This document shows, in pieces, positions 38,646-49,365 of a stretch of DNA of 64,000 nt. Every line of letters starts with the position of its first letter. The stretch's first letter is position 1. Made by a program: the position numbers and the translations under genes. Below the pieces are notes generated by a model, which saw nothing but the letters and a program-made list of their open reading frames with translations, did not search any database and had not been told where the DNA came from. Origin of the DNA: a bacterium (GTDB lineage: Bacteria > SM23-31); assembly GCA_965249485.1 (NCBI GenBank), contig OZ252239.1, positions 3,040,001 to 3,104,000 of the forward strand, given 5' to 3'.

Positions 38646-38987
38646 TTAACGTTTTTCCTTGATGCGAGCAGCCTTACCCGTGAGATTTCTCAGATAATAT
38701 AGTTTTGCTCGGCGGACATGTCCTCTGCTGATAACATTAATTTTTGCAATCATTGGCGATACAAGTGGAAATATTCTTTCAACACCGATACCTTCTGAGA
38801 CTTTTCGAACAGCAAAAGTCCGTGAATCACCTGAACCGCGCATTTTTATTACAACACCTTTAAAGACCTGAACTCTTTCCTTGTCCCCTTCTATAACCCG
38901 GACATGGACTTCGATTGTGTCTCCGACATTAAACTGGGGGATATCTTGTTTCTCAACTTTTTTTTCTGTAACTGTTGCTTCACTCAT
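38646..38987 (-). CDS. rplS: 50S ribosomal protein L19
   Basis: [11 protein letters not shown]...[30 protein letters not shown]. Confidence 0.97.
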   Translation of the reverse strand: MSEATVTEKKVEKQDIPQFNVGDTIEVHVRVIEGDKERVQVFKGVVIKMRGSGDSRTFAVRKVSEGIGVERIFPLVSPMIAKINVISRGHVRRAKLYYLRNLTGKAARIKEKR

Positions 38988-39696
38988 TACTCTTTCCCTC
39001 TGTACTTTCAAGAAATTTCACATATAAATCATTTCTAACATGCGCTGTTTTTTTCATCGACATCTCGTTGCGCCATTTTGCTATATCTTCATGATTTCCA
39101 CCCACTAACACATCAGGAACCGAAATACCCCTCCATGTCGCAGGACGCGTAAAAACAGGACAGTCAAGAAGCTGCGCATGAAACGTGTCAGTCGCAGCGG
39201 ATTCCGCATTGCCCAAAACACCATCAATTAACCGTGAAACACCATCGATAATGACAAGCGCCGGGATTTCACCACCTGACAAGACATAGTCGCCAACAGA
39301 AACTTCTTCATCGATCCACATGTCGATGACACGTTGGTCAACGCCTTTATATCTGCCGCACAATATAACTAATGTTTCATACTGTGACAACTTTTTTAAT
39401 CTTGCCTGATCAAGCCTTTTTCCCTGCGGAGACATAAATATCGTTCTGACACGTTTATTCTCTCTATCGATATCTAGCGATTCAAAAGCCTTACAAATCG
39501 GCTCCGGCATCAGAACCATTCCCGCACCACCGCCATAAGGATAATCATCAAGATGCAGATGCTTTCCGTCGGCGAAATCACGCAACGGAACCATTTCAAT
39601 ATCAACAAGCCCCTTTTCTTGGGCTCTCTTCAGTATCGTTTGGTTAAGTGGGCTTTCAAATATATCGGGAAACGCTGTTAAAACAATAAATTTCAT
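38980..39696 (-). CDS. trmD: tRNA (guanine37-N1)-methyltransferase
   Basis: [41 protein letters not shown]. Confidence 0.96.
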   Translation of the reverse strand: MKFIVLTAFPDIFESPLNQTILKRAQEKGLVDIEMVPLRDFADGKHLHLDDYPYGGGAGMVLMPEPICKAFESLDIDRENKRVRTIFMSPQGKRLDQARLKKLSQYETLVILCGRYKGVDQRVIDMWIDEEVSVGDYVLSGGEIPALVIIDGVSRLIDGVLGNAESAATDTFHAQLLDCPVFTRPATWRGISVPDVLVGGNHEDIAKWRNEMSMKKTAHVRNDLYVKFLESTEGKSNE

Positions 39697-39746
39697 AACA
39701 AATTCACGAATTACAATCAACATGACTCAACACTTGAATCATCTTT

Positions 39747-40262
39747 TCAATCCAAATCGAAAAGCCCCTCGATCGGATCAATCACAATCTCACGTTTGTC
39801 ACAGTCAATAGACAGCACAAATTCCTTAACCATCGGAACATAGTAGGACTTATTGTGACGAACGACCTTTAACAGGTCGTTTCCGGGATTGCTCATAACA
39901 TCATCAACCTGACCCAGTTCCTCTCCGGAACCGGACCTCACAATGCAACCAATCAACTCGAAGTTATAATATTCATTTTCAGGAAGTGTTTCGAGCGATT
40001 TTTTTTCAATACCAAAATGTTTTGCTAATATCTGCTCAGCTTGTGTGCGGTTTATTACCTCTCTAAAGGTCACCCTATATATATTCTTATACTGCTGAAC
40101 GGACTCTATGGTAAGTCTCTTGTACTCTTTGTTATTACCGGTCTCCAGCACAACAGAAATATCCGGTTTCAAATTTCTTGGATCTTCAGCGAACGCCTGT
40201 ACAACAACACCCCCATTCAACCCAAATGGCCGAAGAATTTTTCCGATATATACAATATTCAC
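39747..40262 (-). CDS. rimM: Ribosome maturation factor RimM
   Basis: IGKI..PFGLNG, LPENEYY..ELIG, NDLL, VPMV.EFV..ID, PIEGL; canonical position in the operon. Confidence 0.92.
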   Translation of the reverse strand: MNIVYIGKILRPFGLNGGVVVQAFAEDPRNLKPDISVVLETGNNKEYKRLTIESVQQYKNIYRVTFREVINRTQAEQILAKHFGIEKKSLETLPENEYYNFELIGCIVRSGSGEELGQVDDVMSNPGNDLLKVVRHNKSYYVPMVKEFVLSIDCDKREIVIDPIEGLFDLD

Positions 40263-40317
40263 AATTCAATCCGGAATATCCGCTAAAACTCAATAAATCC
40301 GAATCACTCCGAGAGGA

Positions 40318-40548
40318 TTACTCCAGTATTTCTAATACAGCACGCTTTCCCGTCTTCGCAGAAGCTGCTCCCAGAAGAGTACGAATCGATTTGGCTGTCT
40401 GCCCACGTTTACCAATTACCTTCCCGAGATCGCCATCACCTACCCGCAGTTCATATACAGTAGTCCGTTCGCCTTCAACTTCTGTTACCACGACATCATC
40501 GGGTTTATCAACTAAATGTTTGGCGATAAATTCAACGAATTCTTTCAT
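40318..40548 (-). CDS. khpA: KH-domain RNA-binding protein
   Basis: [37 protein letters not shown]; between rpsP and rimM. Confidence 0.95.
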   Translation of the reverse strand: MKEFVEFIAKHLVDKPDDVVVTEVEGERTTVYELRVGDGDLGKVIGKRGQTAKSIRTLLGAASAKTGKRAVLEILE

Positions 40549-40709
40549 TATCCTTCTCCTTTAGGTTCTCAGGACTCAGACTAACGTTCAAAGCAATACA
40601 AATTCCCATCTAATTCTAAAAGATCCTCGTAAACCCTACCTAATTTTACGGACAATTTTACTATCAAAATTATGAAAGCAATACGTACCGGTAAATCGCA
40701 TCTATTATT

Positions 40710-41432
40710 TTATTCTGATTTTTCTTCTTCATCCAAATCTTCTTCCTGTTTCACAATATCGGTATCGGTTTCCATAGAACTTTCCAAACTCTCCTCATCA
40801 GCCACATCATCACGTGCAGCCGGCTCTTCAGCTGGAGCAGTTTCAATCACATTCTCAGCAGGTTCAGCTTCAACCACATCTTCAGTTGGTGAATCGGCCG
40901 CTTCAACAGCGGCATCATCAGCCTGAGCTACGACATCAGTTGCTTCCGGTACCGTGTCCTGTGGCACTTCCGCGTCCTGTCCAACTGCTGTTTTTGCAGG
41001 AGCTTCAGTAACTGCTACGGAATCTGCACCTTCGCTTATAACTGCTTCTGTCTGCGCGGCTTTAGCTTTTTGTTTTTCTTTTCGCTTTTCGATTTTATTT
41101 TTAAGCTTCAACTCCTGAAGAAGTCCAAACTTTTGGATCTCTTCCTGAATAATCTCTTCGGGTTTACCCTGCTTCTTCAGCTCACGCTCAAGCAAAATGC
41201 CGGAGGATGAAAACAAATTCCTGACTGTAGTACTTGGCGTCGCCCCTAAATCCAACCATTGCAGCGCCTTACCTCTGTCAATTTCAACCTTTTTTGGATT
41301 TGTCAAGGGATCAAAATATCCAATTTGTTCTACATGGCGCCCATCTCGAGGTGCCCTGCTGTCTGAAACCATTATTCGATAGAATGGACGTTTTTTACGT
41401 CCAAATCGCGAAAGTCGTATCTTCGTAGCCAC
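40710..41432 (-). CDS. rpsP: 30S ribosomal protein S16 with long acidic C-terminal extension
   Basis: KIRLSRFGRKKRPFYRIMV.DSRAPRDG, G.FDP, WL..GATPS.TV. Confidence 0.95.
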   Translation of the reverse strand: MATKIRLSRFGRKKRPFYRIMVSDSRAPRDGRHVEQIGYFDPLTNPKKVEIDRGKALQWLDLGATPSTTVRNLFSSSGILLERELKKQGKPEEIIQEEIQKFGLLQELKLKNKIEKRKEKQKAKAAQTEAVISEGADSVAVTEAPAKTAVGQDAEVPQDTVPEATDVVAQADDAAVEAADSPTEDVVEAEPAENVIETAPAEEPAARDDVADEESLESSMETDTDIVKQEEDLDEEEKSE

Positions 41433-41478
41433 TTTTCACTTGTTCCTTTAGTTATGTTTGTAGATTATAAACCATTTC

Positions 41479-41508
41479 ATAATAATAATAAATAAGGTAT
41501 AATGTCAA
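41479..41508 (-). promoter_or_regulatory. Putative sigma70 promoter for the rpsP operon
   Basis: TTGACA-N18-TATTAT on the - strand, 46 nt before the rpsP start. Confidence 0.45.
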
Positions 41509-41525
41509 TAATAAAATAACTTTTC

Positions 41526-42872
41526 TCAGTTGAATCCCATCATCTGCCGGGTGATTCTATTTCGCTTACTTTTACCACCAATCGCTGATTGCGAAAACTT
41601 TTTTATCATTTTCTGCATCTGAAAAAATTGATTTATAAGCTTGTTAACATCCTGAACTGATGTCCCGCTCCCCTTAGCAATTCGCATCCTTCTGCTTCCG
41701 TTGATCAATTTCGGAACTCTCCGTTCCTGAAGTGTCATTGAATTGATAATAGCTTCGGTCCTTTTAAATGCTTGCGGATCAACTGACATCCCCTTGAGAC
41801 CCATCTTGTTTGCACCGGGTATCATATTGATCAGATTTTCATATGAACCCATATTCTGAAGCTGCTGCAATTGCACTTTAAAATCTTCAAACGTAAATTC
41901 TGCACGGCTGAGTTTTTCCTGAAGCTTATCACTCTCATCTTTGTCAAGTGCATCCTGTGCCTTTTCAACCAGCGAAATCACATCACCCATTCCGAGAATT
42001 CGGGATGCCATCCTGTCGGGATGGAAGGGCTCAAGATCCTTCGGCTTCTCACCAACCGATATAAACCGAATTGGCTTCCCGGTAATAGAACGAATTGACA
42101 ATGCAGCACCGCCACGTGCATCGCCATCGAGCTTTGTTAGAACTACACCCGAATAATCGATCCGTTCCAAAAATGAAGAAGCAGTATTTACTGCGTCCTG
42201 ACCGGTAATGCCGTCAGCCACATAAAAGACCTCATGTGGCTGCACTCTGCTTTTTAATTCCTCCAGTTCCCTCATCATATCTTCATCGATCTGGAGACGT
42301 CCAGCAGTATCAAGAATAATAACATCACCATTATTGTCCAAACATTCTTTGACGGCTGCTTCGGCTATGGCAACCGGCTTCTTTTCTCCCCGTACAACAA
42401 CCTCGACATTTAACGATTTCCCAAGAACTTCAAGCTGCTTCCGCGCAGCAGGCCTGTAAATATCGGTCGAAGCCATTACTGGTTTCTTACCTTTTTCCAG
42501 AAGGTATTGGGCAAGTTTTCCACAAAATGTCGTTTTACCCGAACCCTGAAGCCCGACTATCATAATAACTGTCGGAGGTTTTGGTTGAAGCTGAATATCT
42601 CTGAATGGCTCGCCAAGCAGACTTGTAAGTTCATCATGAATGATTTTCACTATCTGCTGAGCAGGCGTTATGCTTTTCAGGACTTCTTGACCGACTGCCT
42701 TCTCAGACACTCGGGTTATAAAGTTTTTTGCAACTTTATAATTAACGTCCGCTTCGAGTAATACGCACCTGATAGACCGGAGCGATTCCTCAATATTCTT
42801 TTCGGTTATCCGCCCCTGCCCACGGAGTTTCTTAAGGACAGCGTCTAGCTTTTGAGTTAATTCATCAAACAT
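41526..42872 (-). CDS. ffh: Signal recognition particle protein
   Basis: LLEADVN, GLQGSGKTT, DTAGRL, TKLDGDARGGAALS, FHPDRMASRILGMGD, M-domain IINSMT..ER. Confidence 0.98.
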   Translation of the reverse strand: MFDELTQKLDAVLKKLRGQGRITEKNIEESLRSIRCVLLEADVNYKVAKNFITRVSEKAVGQEVLKSITPAQQIVKIIHDELTSLLGEPFRDIQLQPKPPTVIMIVGLQGSGKTTFCGKLAQYLLEKGKKPVMASTDIYRPAARKQLEVLGKSLNVEVVVRGEKKPVAIAEAAVKECLDNNGDVIILDTAGRLQIDEDMMRELEELKSRVQPHEVFYVADGITGQDAVNTASSFLERIDYSGVVLTKLDGDARGGAALSIRSITGKPIRFISVGEKPKDLEPFHPDRMASRILGMGDVISLVEKAQDALDKDESDKLQEKLSRAEFTFEDFKVQLQQLQNMGSYENLINMIPGANKMGLKGMSVDPQAFKRTEAIINSMTLQERRVPKLINGSRRMRIAKGSGTSVQDVNKLINQFFQMQKMIKKFSQSAIGGKSKRNRITRQMMGFN

Positions 42873-43066
42873 TGTATAGATTCAATCGGAAACAAGCATA
42901 CGGTAAAGCCTTGTAGTTTACATAATTTGAATGGTAAATCCAAATTGTTTTTAGATTACTGCAAGGAGCGTTAATAATGCTCAATATTATCAAATAATAA
43001 ACATATAAGAAGCGAAAACAAGATTTGAAAATTATGGTACTCTGGAGGGATTTTCTGAGGGATTTC

Positions 43067-43783
43067 TCACTTGCTTCCCCAAATAGCTACGGGATCGAGA
43101 ATCTGAGGAGGATATTTGGAGTAAAACGGTTCTCCATAACGGCAACCTATCATTTTCCCGTAAAATCTACCGCGTGCTTCAATTAAGTTCAAAAATTCCG
43201 GATCACTCAACGCTGTTGCCGGTTCTTTTGAATCGGCTTTATAAAACTGTGAAGCAAATGCAGTTATCGATTCCATCTTCTGTTCGAATTCATCGGTAAT
43301 ATCAACAATGAAGGTGGGATCAAATTCACCTCTGCCCATTGCATATATAAGCCCGTGCACCGGGTGGCTTGCGGTTTCCGGCTCGAAATTTCTAACTCCG
43401 GACAGAAATACAGCATCTTTGACCAGATGAGCACAGGCAACATGGTCGGGATGGTCGTCAAACCAGTGTAGTGTCACAACTAATCGAGGTTTTGATTCAC
43501 GGATTGCTTTTACAATTATTATACGTGTAGCATCGTTGTTAGAAAGTCTGCCATCACCATTATCGAGAATTGTGCGAAATGAGGTGCTAAGAATTTCGGC
43601 ACCCCACCCAGCCTCCTGAGCTCTAATTTCCTGCGTACCTCTCGTCCCCAGTTCACCGGCAGTAAGATCAATGATTCCTGTGGTATATCCCAACTTAATA
43701 AATTTGATCATTGTACCGCCGCTTCCCATTTCTACATCATCGGGATGTGCAGCAATAGCAAGAACATCAACATGTTTAATCAT
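43067..43783 (-). CDS. bshB1: Bacillithiol biosynthesis deacetylase
   Basis: PIG-L family AHPDDVE, DLTAGELGTRG, HPDH, SQF...EP.T.LS...F....ARGR.YG..IG..YGEPF; adjacent to bshC. Confidence 0.88.
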   Translation of the reverse strand: MIKHVDVLAIAAHPDDVEMGSGGTMIKFIKLGYTTGIIDLTAGELGTRGTQEIRAQEAGWGAEILSTSFRTILDNGDGRLSNNDATRIIIVKAIRESKPRLVVTLHWFDDHPDHVACAHLVKDAVFLSGVRNFEPETASHPVHGLIYAMGRGEFDPTFIVDITDEFEQKMESITAFASQFYKADSKEPATALSDPEFLNLIEARGRFYGKMIGCRYGEPFYSKYPPQILDPVAIWGSK

Positions 43784-43788
43784 ATCGC

Positions 43789-45414
43789 TTAAAACTCAAT
43801 TATATGGTGATGATTGGTTTGTACTGTGACCTGTTGCGAGAGAAATTGAGGAAATTCCCGTCCATAACGGAGCATGTAATGCAAAATCGAGAATATCCGT
43901 TCCTGCATCGAATTATTCGGAATCACGGCATTGAGTGCACGTTGAGATCTGTCTGCGGCAATCTTATTCGCTGTTTGCAGTGCCGTATGAAATCGGTTTT
44001 CTATTTTTTCCAGTTGGTATTTCATTTTTTGCTCAGATTTATCCACCATTTTCACTAACGTTGAATCGAGCGACTCTCCAAGTTTCCGAATTTCTTCGAG
44101 ACGGGTTTGAAGCTGATCGAATGCATTTTCAAATTGATCGTCAAAACTACTTCCCGACACTTCTTTGGTTAATTCCTGCAAAAGCTCTTTTCCATCCCCT
44201 CTAATAATCTGCATAGGATCGCACTTCATTTTTTTTAAGAATTTTATTTTTTTCCACTCAATAACAGTTGCGCTCCAGCGGGGAATCAATATTGGCATTG
44301 ATAAACCAAGTAGTTCATATGCTTTCTTCAGTTGTGCGATATAAGAAATTTCTGATGCACCCCCGATATATGCAACTGTTGGAAGCAGGTAATCCTGCAG
44401 AAGAGGACGAAACAGCACATCTGGGCTTAATGAATTGACTTCTTGTTCGACAAACGTGTCAATCTCAACATCGGTCAAGGCAACTGTGTCAGTAGAATTC
44501 TTACCAAAAGCCAAGCTATTGAGTCGCAACCTCATTTTACCATCCGTGCGAAATAGATGATACATATCTGGGCGGAGTGAAACTTGAGGAGAATATGTTT
44601 TGGAGGATAGAGCTTCTGTTTGAATATTTAATTGTTTGTGAAGCTCATTATTTTGTCTCAATGCCTGCACAAAAAACGGCGATGCTAACTGCTTAACAGC
44701 CGAATCGCCGGGATTGAGAAAAATAAGTGGTTCATCCGGAAAGAATTCACGAAAAAAATCAACAAAACAATCCGTAAGACATTTTCCGGCAGTATAGACT
44801 GCCTCACACGTATCAATTATATTTTTTGCATGGTCTCCATCACCGAAATTTTCGGCTATTTCATTCAAAAGGTTATTAAAATCTAAATCAACCGATCGAA
44901 ATTTGGTCGGCACCGGTTTTTCAGCGTACTTATCAGAATATTCGAACCGTTTGACAGTCCCGGAAGGAGTCATCATGTTGACATGACGAATCTCTTCAAA
45001 ATCGTGATCGTCTACTTCCATCCAAAATAACGGCACAACAGGCCTATTATACTCCTGCTCCAGCTTTCGAGCAAATCGAACAGCCGTCAAGGCTTTATAT
45101 ATTGTATATAAGGGACCCCAAAAAACACCTGTTTGCTGTCCGGTCACTACCGCAATACATTTTGGATCAAGTAATTTATGGATTTCATGAGTTATTAGAT
45201 TGTTTTCTGTCCTGTCGTGATTATGCATAAGCAGTATTCTTACAAGCTGTTCTCTCTGATAATCATGGGAATCACAGGCAGACAACTGGCTTTCCCATGC
45301 TTTTCTCTCATTAGGATTGCCGTTAAAAAATTCGCTAACATTATCATAATTTTCTATATAATCTATGAATAACTTGGAATATCCTTTTATATCTTTGTAA
45401 CCAACCGTATCCAT
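43789..45414 (-). CDS. bshC: Bacillithiol biosynthesis cysteine-adding enzyme
   Basis: 541 aa; VVTGQQ.G...GPLYTIYKA, PLFW...DDHDFEEI, SPDVLFRPL.QDY.LPT.AYIGG.SEI.Y, QER. Confidence 0.94.
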   Translation of the reverse strand: MDTVGYKDIKGYSKLFIDYIENYDNVSEFFNGNPNERKAWESQLSACDSHDYQREQLVRILLMHNHDRTENNLITHEIHKLLDPKCIAVVTGQQTGVFWGPLYTIYKALTAVRFARKLEQEYNRPVVPLFWMEVDDHDFEEIRHVNMMTPSGTVKRFEYSDKYAEKPVPTKFRSVDLDFNNLLNEIAENFGDGDHAKNIIDTCEAVYTAGKCLTDCFVDFFREFFPDEPLIFLNPGDSAVKQLASPFFVQALRQNNELHKQLNIQTEALSSKTYSPQVSLRPDMYHLFRTDGKMRLRLNSLAFGKNSTDTVALTDVEIDTFVEQEVNSLSPDVLFRPLLQDYLLPTVAYIGGASEISYIAQLKKAYELLGLSMPILIPRWSATVIEWKKIKFLKKMKCDPMQIIRGDGKELLQELTKEVSGSSFDDQFENAFDQLQTRLEEIRKLGESLDSTLVKMVDKSEQKMKYQLEKIENRFHTALQTANKIAADRSQRALNAVIPNNSMQERIFSILHYMLRYGREFPQFLSQQVTVQTNHHHIIEF

Positions 45415-46148
45415 TACCGTTTTCTCCCAACTAATAATACGCGTGGTGAATCATCACGAAAAGATGAGCCATCATAGTCTCCAAATCTGTGCAGAGGTTC
45501 CAGCCCGCTTCGAATGAATATGTCCTCAAGATCCTGAGGGGAATATAACCTTACAGACTCTACATATTCTTTCTTGTCTCCGTTCTTGATTAATGAGATA
45601 GTTTTATTAATTCGTTCTGACTTTTTATCAAATTCTCTCTGCTGGCGTATTGTAACAGCACCTTTAATCTGCTCATCATACGGAGTGAAATGATTTAAAA
45701 TATAGTCTCTGTTCATAAAATCCAGAACAACCCATCCTTCCTTTTTGAGCGAACACGACACTCCTTGAAAAACCAATTCATTTTCAGTATCAGATTCAAA
45801 ATAGCCGAACGAAGTAAACATATTCACGACGCCATTAAAATAATCTTCATAGGGAATATCTCTCATATCTCTGATGTGGAATTCAATTGTCACATTTTCT
45901 TCTCGCGCTTTTTCTTGTGCGAAATGAATAAGATTCGATGAGAGATCTATACCGACAACTTCATATCCCTTCTTTGCCAGTGCGATTGCGTACCTCCCTG
46001 CTCCGCAGCACAGATCCAAAATTTTATGTCCCGACTGTAGAAGTGATATTTCCTCTAATGTAGTAATAAGTGTGTGTGCTTCCTCCTCATTCCTGTGTTT
46101 GTAAACATCAATATAATCATTACCAAACCACTTTTTATACCATGACAT
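45414..46148 (-). CDS. Class I SAM-dependent methyltransferase, candidate N-methyl-bacillithiol synthase (NmbA-like)
   Basis: WYKKWF...Y..VY.HR...EA, LDLCCGAGR, NMFTSFGYF, ESVRLY, GDYDG..F...SPR; stop overlaps the bshC start. Confidence 0.8.
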   Translation of the reverse strand: MSWYKKWFGNDYIDVYKHRNEEEAHTLITTLEEISLLQSGHKILDLCCGAGRYAIALAKKGYEVVGIDLSSNLIHFAQEKAREENVTIEFHIRDMRDIPYEDYFNGVVNMFTSFGYFESDTENELVFQGVSCSLKKEGWVVLDFMNRDYILNHFTPYDEQIKGAVTIRQQREFDKKSERINKTISLIKNGDKKEYVESVRLYSPQDLEDIFIRSGLEPLHRFGDYDGSSFRDDSPRVLLVGRKR

Positions 46149-46412
46149 CGTTCATCTTCCCTTGCTATACGCTCATTCTCATAATGATCCGACCTGATTT
46201 TATTCGGATACACGTACATGAGAGAGTCAATGTATAATTCTCGTATAATTATTGCAATACCTTTTTATTTCCAAAAATATTACACCTTTTATGATTTAAG
46301 AAGAAAAAAGATTGCTAAAATCAAAAAATTATGAAACATTGTGTACTTTCAAACGGGTATGGATGTATAAGATAAAAATTCATTCTGACAAACCACAGGG
46401 AGTAAACCGATT

Positions 46413-49316
46413 GTGAACATGATACGAAGAAAAATCAATAATGATTCTGAATTAGTATTAGGAGGATTGCTTACATTTTTTATATCATTTTTTGTTTATC
46501 TGCGGACTGTTGCACCGACTGTATCTCTCTGGGACTGCGGTGAGTTCATAGCTAGTTCATATATCCTCGGTGTTCCACATCCTCCCGGAGCTCCGTTTTA
46601 TCTCATAATCGGAAAAATCTTCTCATTGATTCCTTTTCATGCCGACATTGGTTTTCGCGTCAATATGATCTCTGTACTATCGAGTTCATTTACCATACTT
46701 TTTCTTTACCTAATCATTACGCAGCTGATTAGGAGCTATCAGGGTACAATTGAAGAACAGTTCGACAAATTTATTGTTTGCGGAGCAGCATTAATCGGTG
46801 CATTGACGTTGGCTTTCAGCTATACATTTTGGTTCAACGCAGTTGAAGCTGAAGTGTACGCACCCAGTATGCTCTTTACATCGGCTACGCTTTGGCTGGC
46901 ACTAAGATGGTTTGAGCATCGTGAAGAACTCTCTTCTATAAGAAATTTAATTGTAATTGTATATTTAGTTGGGCTTTCCTATGGTGTTCATTTATTAAAT
47001 ATTCTCGTTGTGCCGACAATCATTCTTCTCATCCTGTTTCACAAACCACGTTTTTTATTTGTGTGGCGATTGTGGTACCTGGCCATGCTGGTCGCATCAA
47101 CGATTACAATATTAGTATTTATGCTGCTTGGCGGGAAGATGGACCATTTAATCAGTCTTTTTGTGCTCAATTGTGTTCTTTTTCTATTGGCCGGATCTTT
47201 TATTTATACGTACAAAAGTTTCATTCAATTCAGTTTGGAAAATGTATTGATAGCAGCTTCGTGTGCTGTGGGCGGCATTTTAATTGCCTTGACAGTGTGT
47301 ATCGATAAACTTTCGGTTCTTAACGCAACACTGGGAACGTGGGAATTGCCTATATTAGTCGGTTTTGACAATCCCCTTTTTGTCTATTTAGTTTTTATGG
47401 TTATTTCATTTACTGCAGGTTTTGTCATTCTCGAATACAAACCTGAATTATTGACAAACTGGAAATCACTCCTTTTATCAATGAGTTTAGCAACAGCAGC
47501 GGTCTGGTTCATTGTTGCTGTAGGAAGATCTACCTATGCACTCATATTAATTCGCTCAGGTCTTGACCCCGTTATTAATGAAAATGATCCGTCAACTATG
47601 TCGAATCTTCTCTATTATCTTAACCGTGAGCAATACGGTACGACCAGTCTGCTATCAACTGCACTTGACCGAGCAGCTCCCCTTTGGGAGTATCAGATTA
47701 AATTTATGTTTCTCCGCTATTTCGGATGGAATTTTATTGGAAAAGGGATTACTTTTGACACCAGAGGCTTTATTCAAGAGAGCTTTGCTCTACGAGGATT
47801 GTTAGGATTCCCCTTTCTCATTGGTCTTTTCGGATTTGTGTACCATTCGATAAAAGATTGGAAAAAAGCAATCTCAATGTTTGTATTTTTTATTGCCAGT
47901 GGCCTCCTGCTTGTCCTTTATCTTAATCAACCCGACCCGCAGCCGCGAGAGCGGGACTATGTCTATGTTGGCAGTTTCTTTGTGTTTGCTGTATGGATTG
48001 GACTCGGTGCATACGGGATAATGAACAGCATGAAAATGTTTTTTGCAAATGATTCAGTTAGAAAATTCGGTGCTGCTTTTGCGGGGGGAATTCTATTATT
48101 CTTCTGCCCAATTAACGAATTCCAGTTTAATTTTGATGAAGGGGACAGGACCGGTAATTTTGTTCCCTGGGATTATTCATACAACATCCTCACAAGCTGT
48201 GAAGAAAATGCAATCCTCTTTACGAATGGTGACAATGACACATTCCCATTATGGTACCTTCAGGAAGTCGAAGGTATTAGAAAAGATGTTAGAATTGTTA
48301 ATTTGAGTTTATTGAATACACCGTGGTATATTGAGCAGCTCAAATACTATGAACCACGATTAGCTATCAATCTTCAGGATGAACAAATAAAAGCAATCAG
48401 ACCAATCGCATGGGAATCAAAAACATTGCAGGTGCAGGTAACTCAGCAAGTTTTTGAGTCATTTTACCAAGAATATAACCAACCGGTACCGGAGTCGCTG
48501 GTAAACACCACCTCATTATCCGTACAGGTGGATCCTACTCTCACAGTTGGAAGCCAGACAGGTGTTCAGGTCAGGGATATTATGGTATTTCATATCATTG
48601 ATGCAAATAAATGGGATAGACCTGTTTACTTTGCAATCACCGTCTCACCGTCATACTTTCTTGGGTTCAAACCATATTTGAGACTTGAGGGGCTTGTTTA
48701 TAGAGTTACTCCCGTTCAGTCACCTCCGGTACTAACGGAAACACTCGGCAATAACCTAATGAAAAAATACCAGTATCGCGGCATCAATGATCCTGACGTC
48801 AATTTAGATTTCGGAACAGTACGGCTACTAGGCAATTATCGGCAGGGTTTTCTAGATCTTTCCCGAAATTACATCAATACAAGACAACCTGAAAAAGCTG
48901 TTGAAGCATTGGATTTCATGACGGAACATGTTCCGGAATTCAGATCGACAAACCGGAATATAATTGAAATTATCGGACGCCACTATTATGCTGCTGGTCA
49001 ACAGGAGGCATTTAGATCGCGCATCTTAGAACTTCTGATTGGAACACCGGAAATTTCGAGAGACAAACAATTTGAATATGCAGGATTACTCTTTTCTGCA
49101 TTTAAAGATACATTAAATACCGAAAAAACATATGAACGATTGTGGGAATCCGATCCCAATGACAATAAAGCACTGGGAGCACTTGTGAGTATATATGAAT
49201 TTTCCGGTCAGATCTCCAAAGCTGTATCTGCTTTGGAACAATGGCTGGGAGATCACCCTGCTGACTCTGTCGCACAGAACAAGCTGAAAGGACTCAGGCC
49301 TTCACCGGAAAATTAA
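46413..49316 (+). CDS. DUF2723/TMEM260-family polytopic membrane glycosyltransferase-like protein with C-terminal TPR-like helices
   Basis: PTVSLWDCGEFI, HPPGAP, WFNAVEAEVY, YLNREQYG, QPRERDY, FTNGDNDTFPLWY.QEVEG.RKDV, NLSLLNT.WY. Confidence 0.9.
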   Translation: MNMIRRKINNDSELVLGGLLTFFISFFVYLRTVAPTVSLWDCGEFIASSYILGVPHPPGAPFYLIIGKIFSLIPFHADIGFRVNMISVLSSSFTILFLYLIITQLIRSYQGTIEEQFDKFIVCGAALIGALTLAFSYTFWFNAVEAEVYAPSMLFTSATLWLALRWFEHREELSSIRNLIVIVYLVGLSYGVHLLNILVVPTIILLILFHKPRFLFVWRLWYLAMLVASTITILVFMLLGGKMDHLISLFVLNCVLFLLAGSFIYTYKSFIQFSLENVLIAASCAVGGILIALTVCIDKLSVLNATLGTWELPILVGFDNPLFVYLVFMVISFTAGFVILEYKPELLTNWKSLLLSMSLATAAVWFIVAVGRSTYALILIRSGLDPVINENDPSTMSNLLYYLNREQYGTTSLLSTALDRAAPLWEYQIKFMFLRYFGWNFIGKGITFDTRGFIQESFALRGLLGFPFLIGLFGFVYHSIKDWKKAISMFVFFIASGLLLVLYLNQPDPQPRERDYVYVGSFFVFAVWIGLGAYGIMNSMKMFFANDSVRKFGAAFAGGILLFFCPINEFQFNFDEGDRTGNFVPWDYSYNILTSCEENAILFTNGDNDTFPLWYLQEVEGIRKDVRIVNLSLLNTPWYIEQLKYYEPRLAINLQDEQIKAIRPIAWESKTLQVQVTQQVFESFYQEYNQPVPESLVNTTSLSVQVDPTLTVGSQTGVQVRDIMVFHIIDANKWDRPVYFAITVSPSYFLGFKPYLRLEGLVYRVTPVQSPPVLTETLGNNLMKKYQYRGINDPDVNLDFGTVRLLGNYRQGFLDLSRNYINTRQPEKAVEALDFMTEHVPEFRSTNRNIIEIIGRHYYAAGQQEAFRSRILELLIGTPEISRDKQFEYAGLLFSAFKDTLNTEKTYERLWESDPNDNKALGALVSIYEFSGQISKAVSALEQWLGDHPADSVAQNKLKGLRPSPEN

Positions 49317-49365
49317 TAGACTTAATAAATTGTTTTGTGGGTTGTAGTTGAAAAATTCAGGAAAA

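Noticed and set aside
42873..43066. Possible SRP RNA upstream of ffh; short GAGGGATTT direct repeat near 43045-43065
   Set aside because: No SRP helix-8 motif or long GC-rich stem. The repeat has two copies only and is not a CRISPR array.
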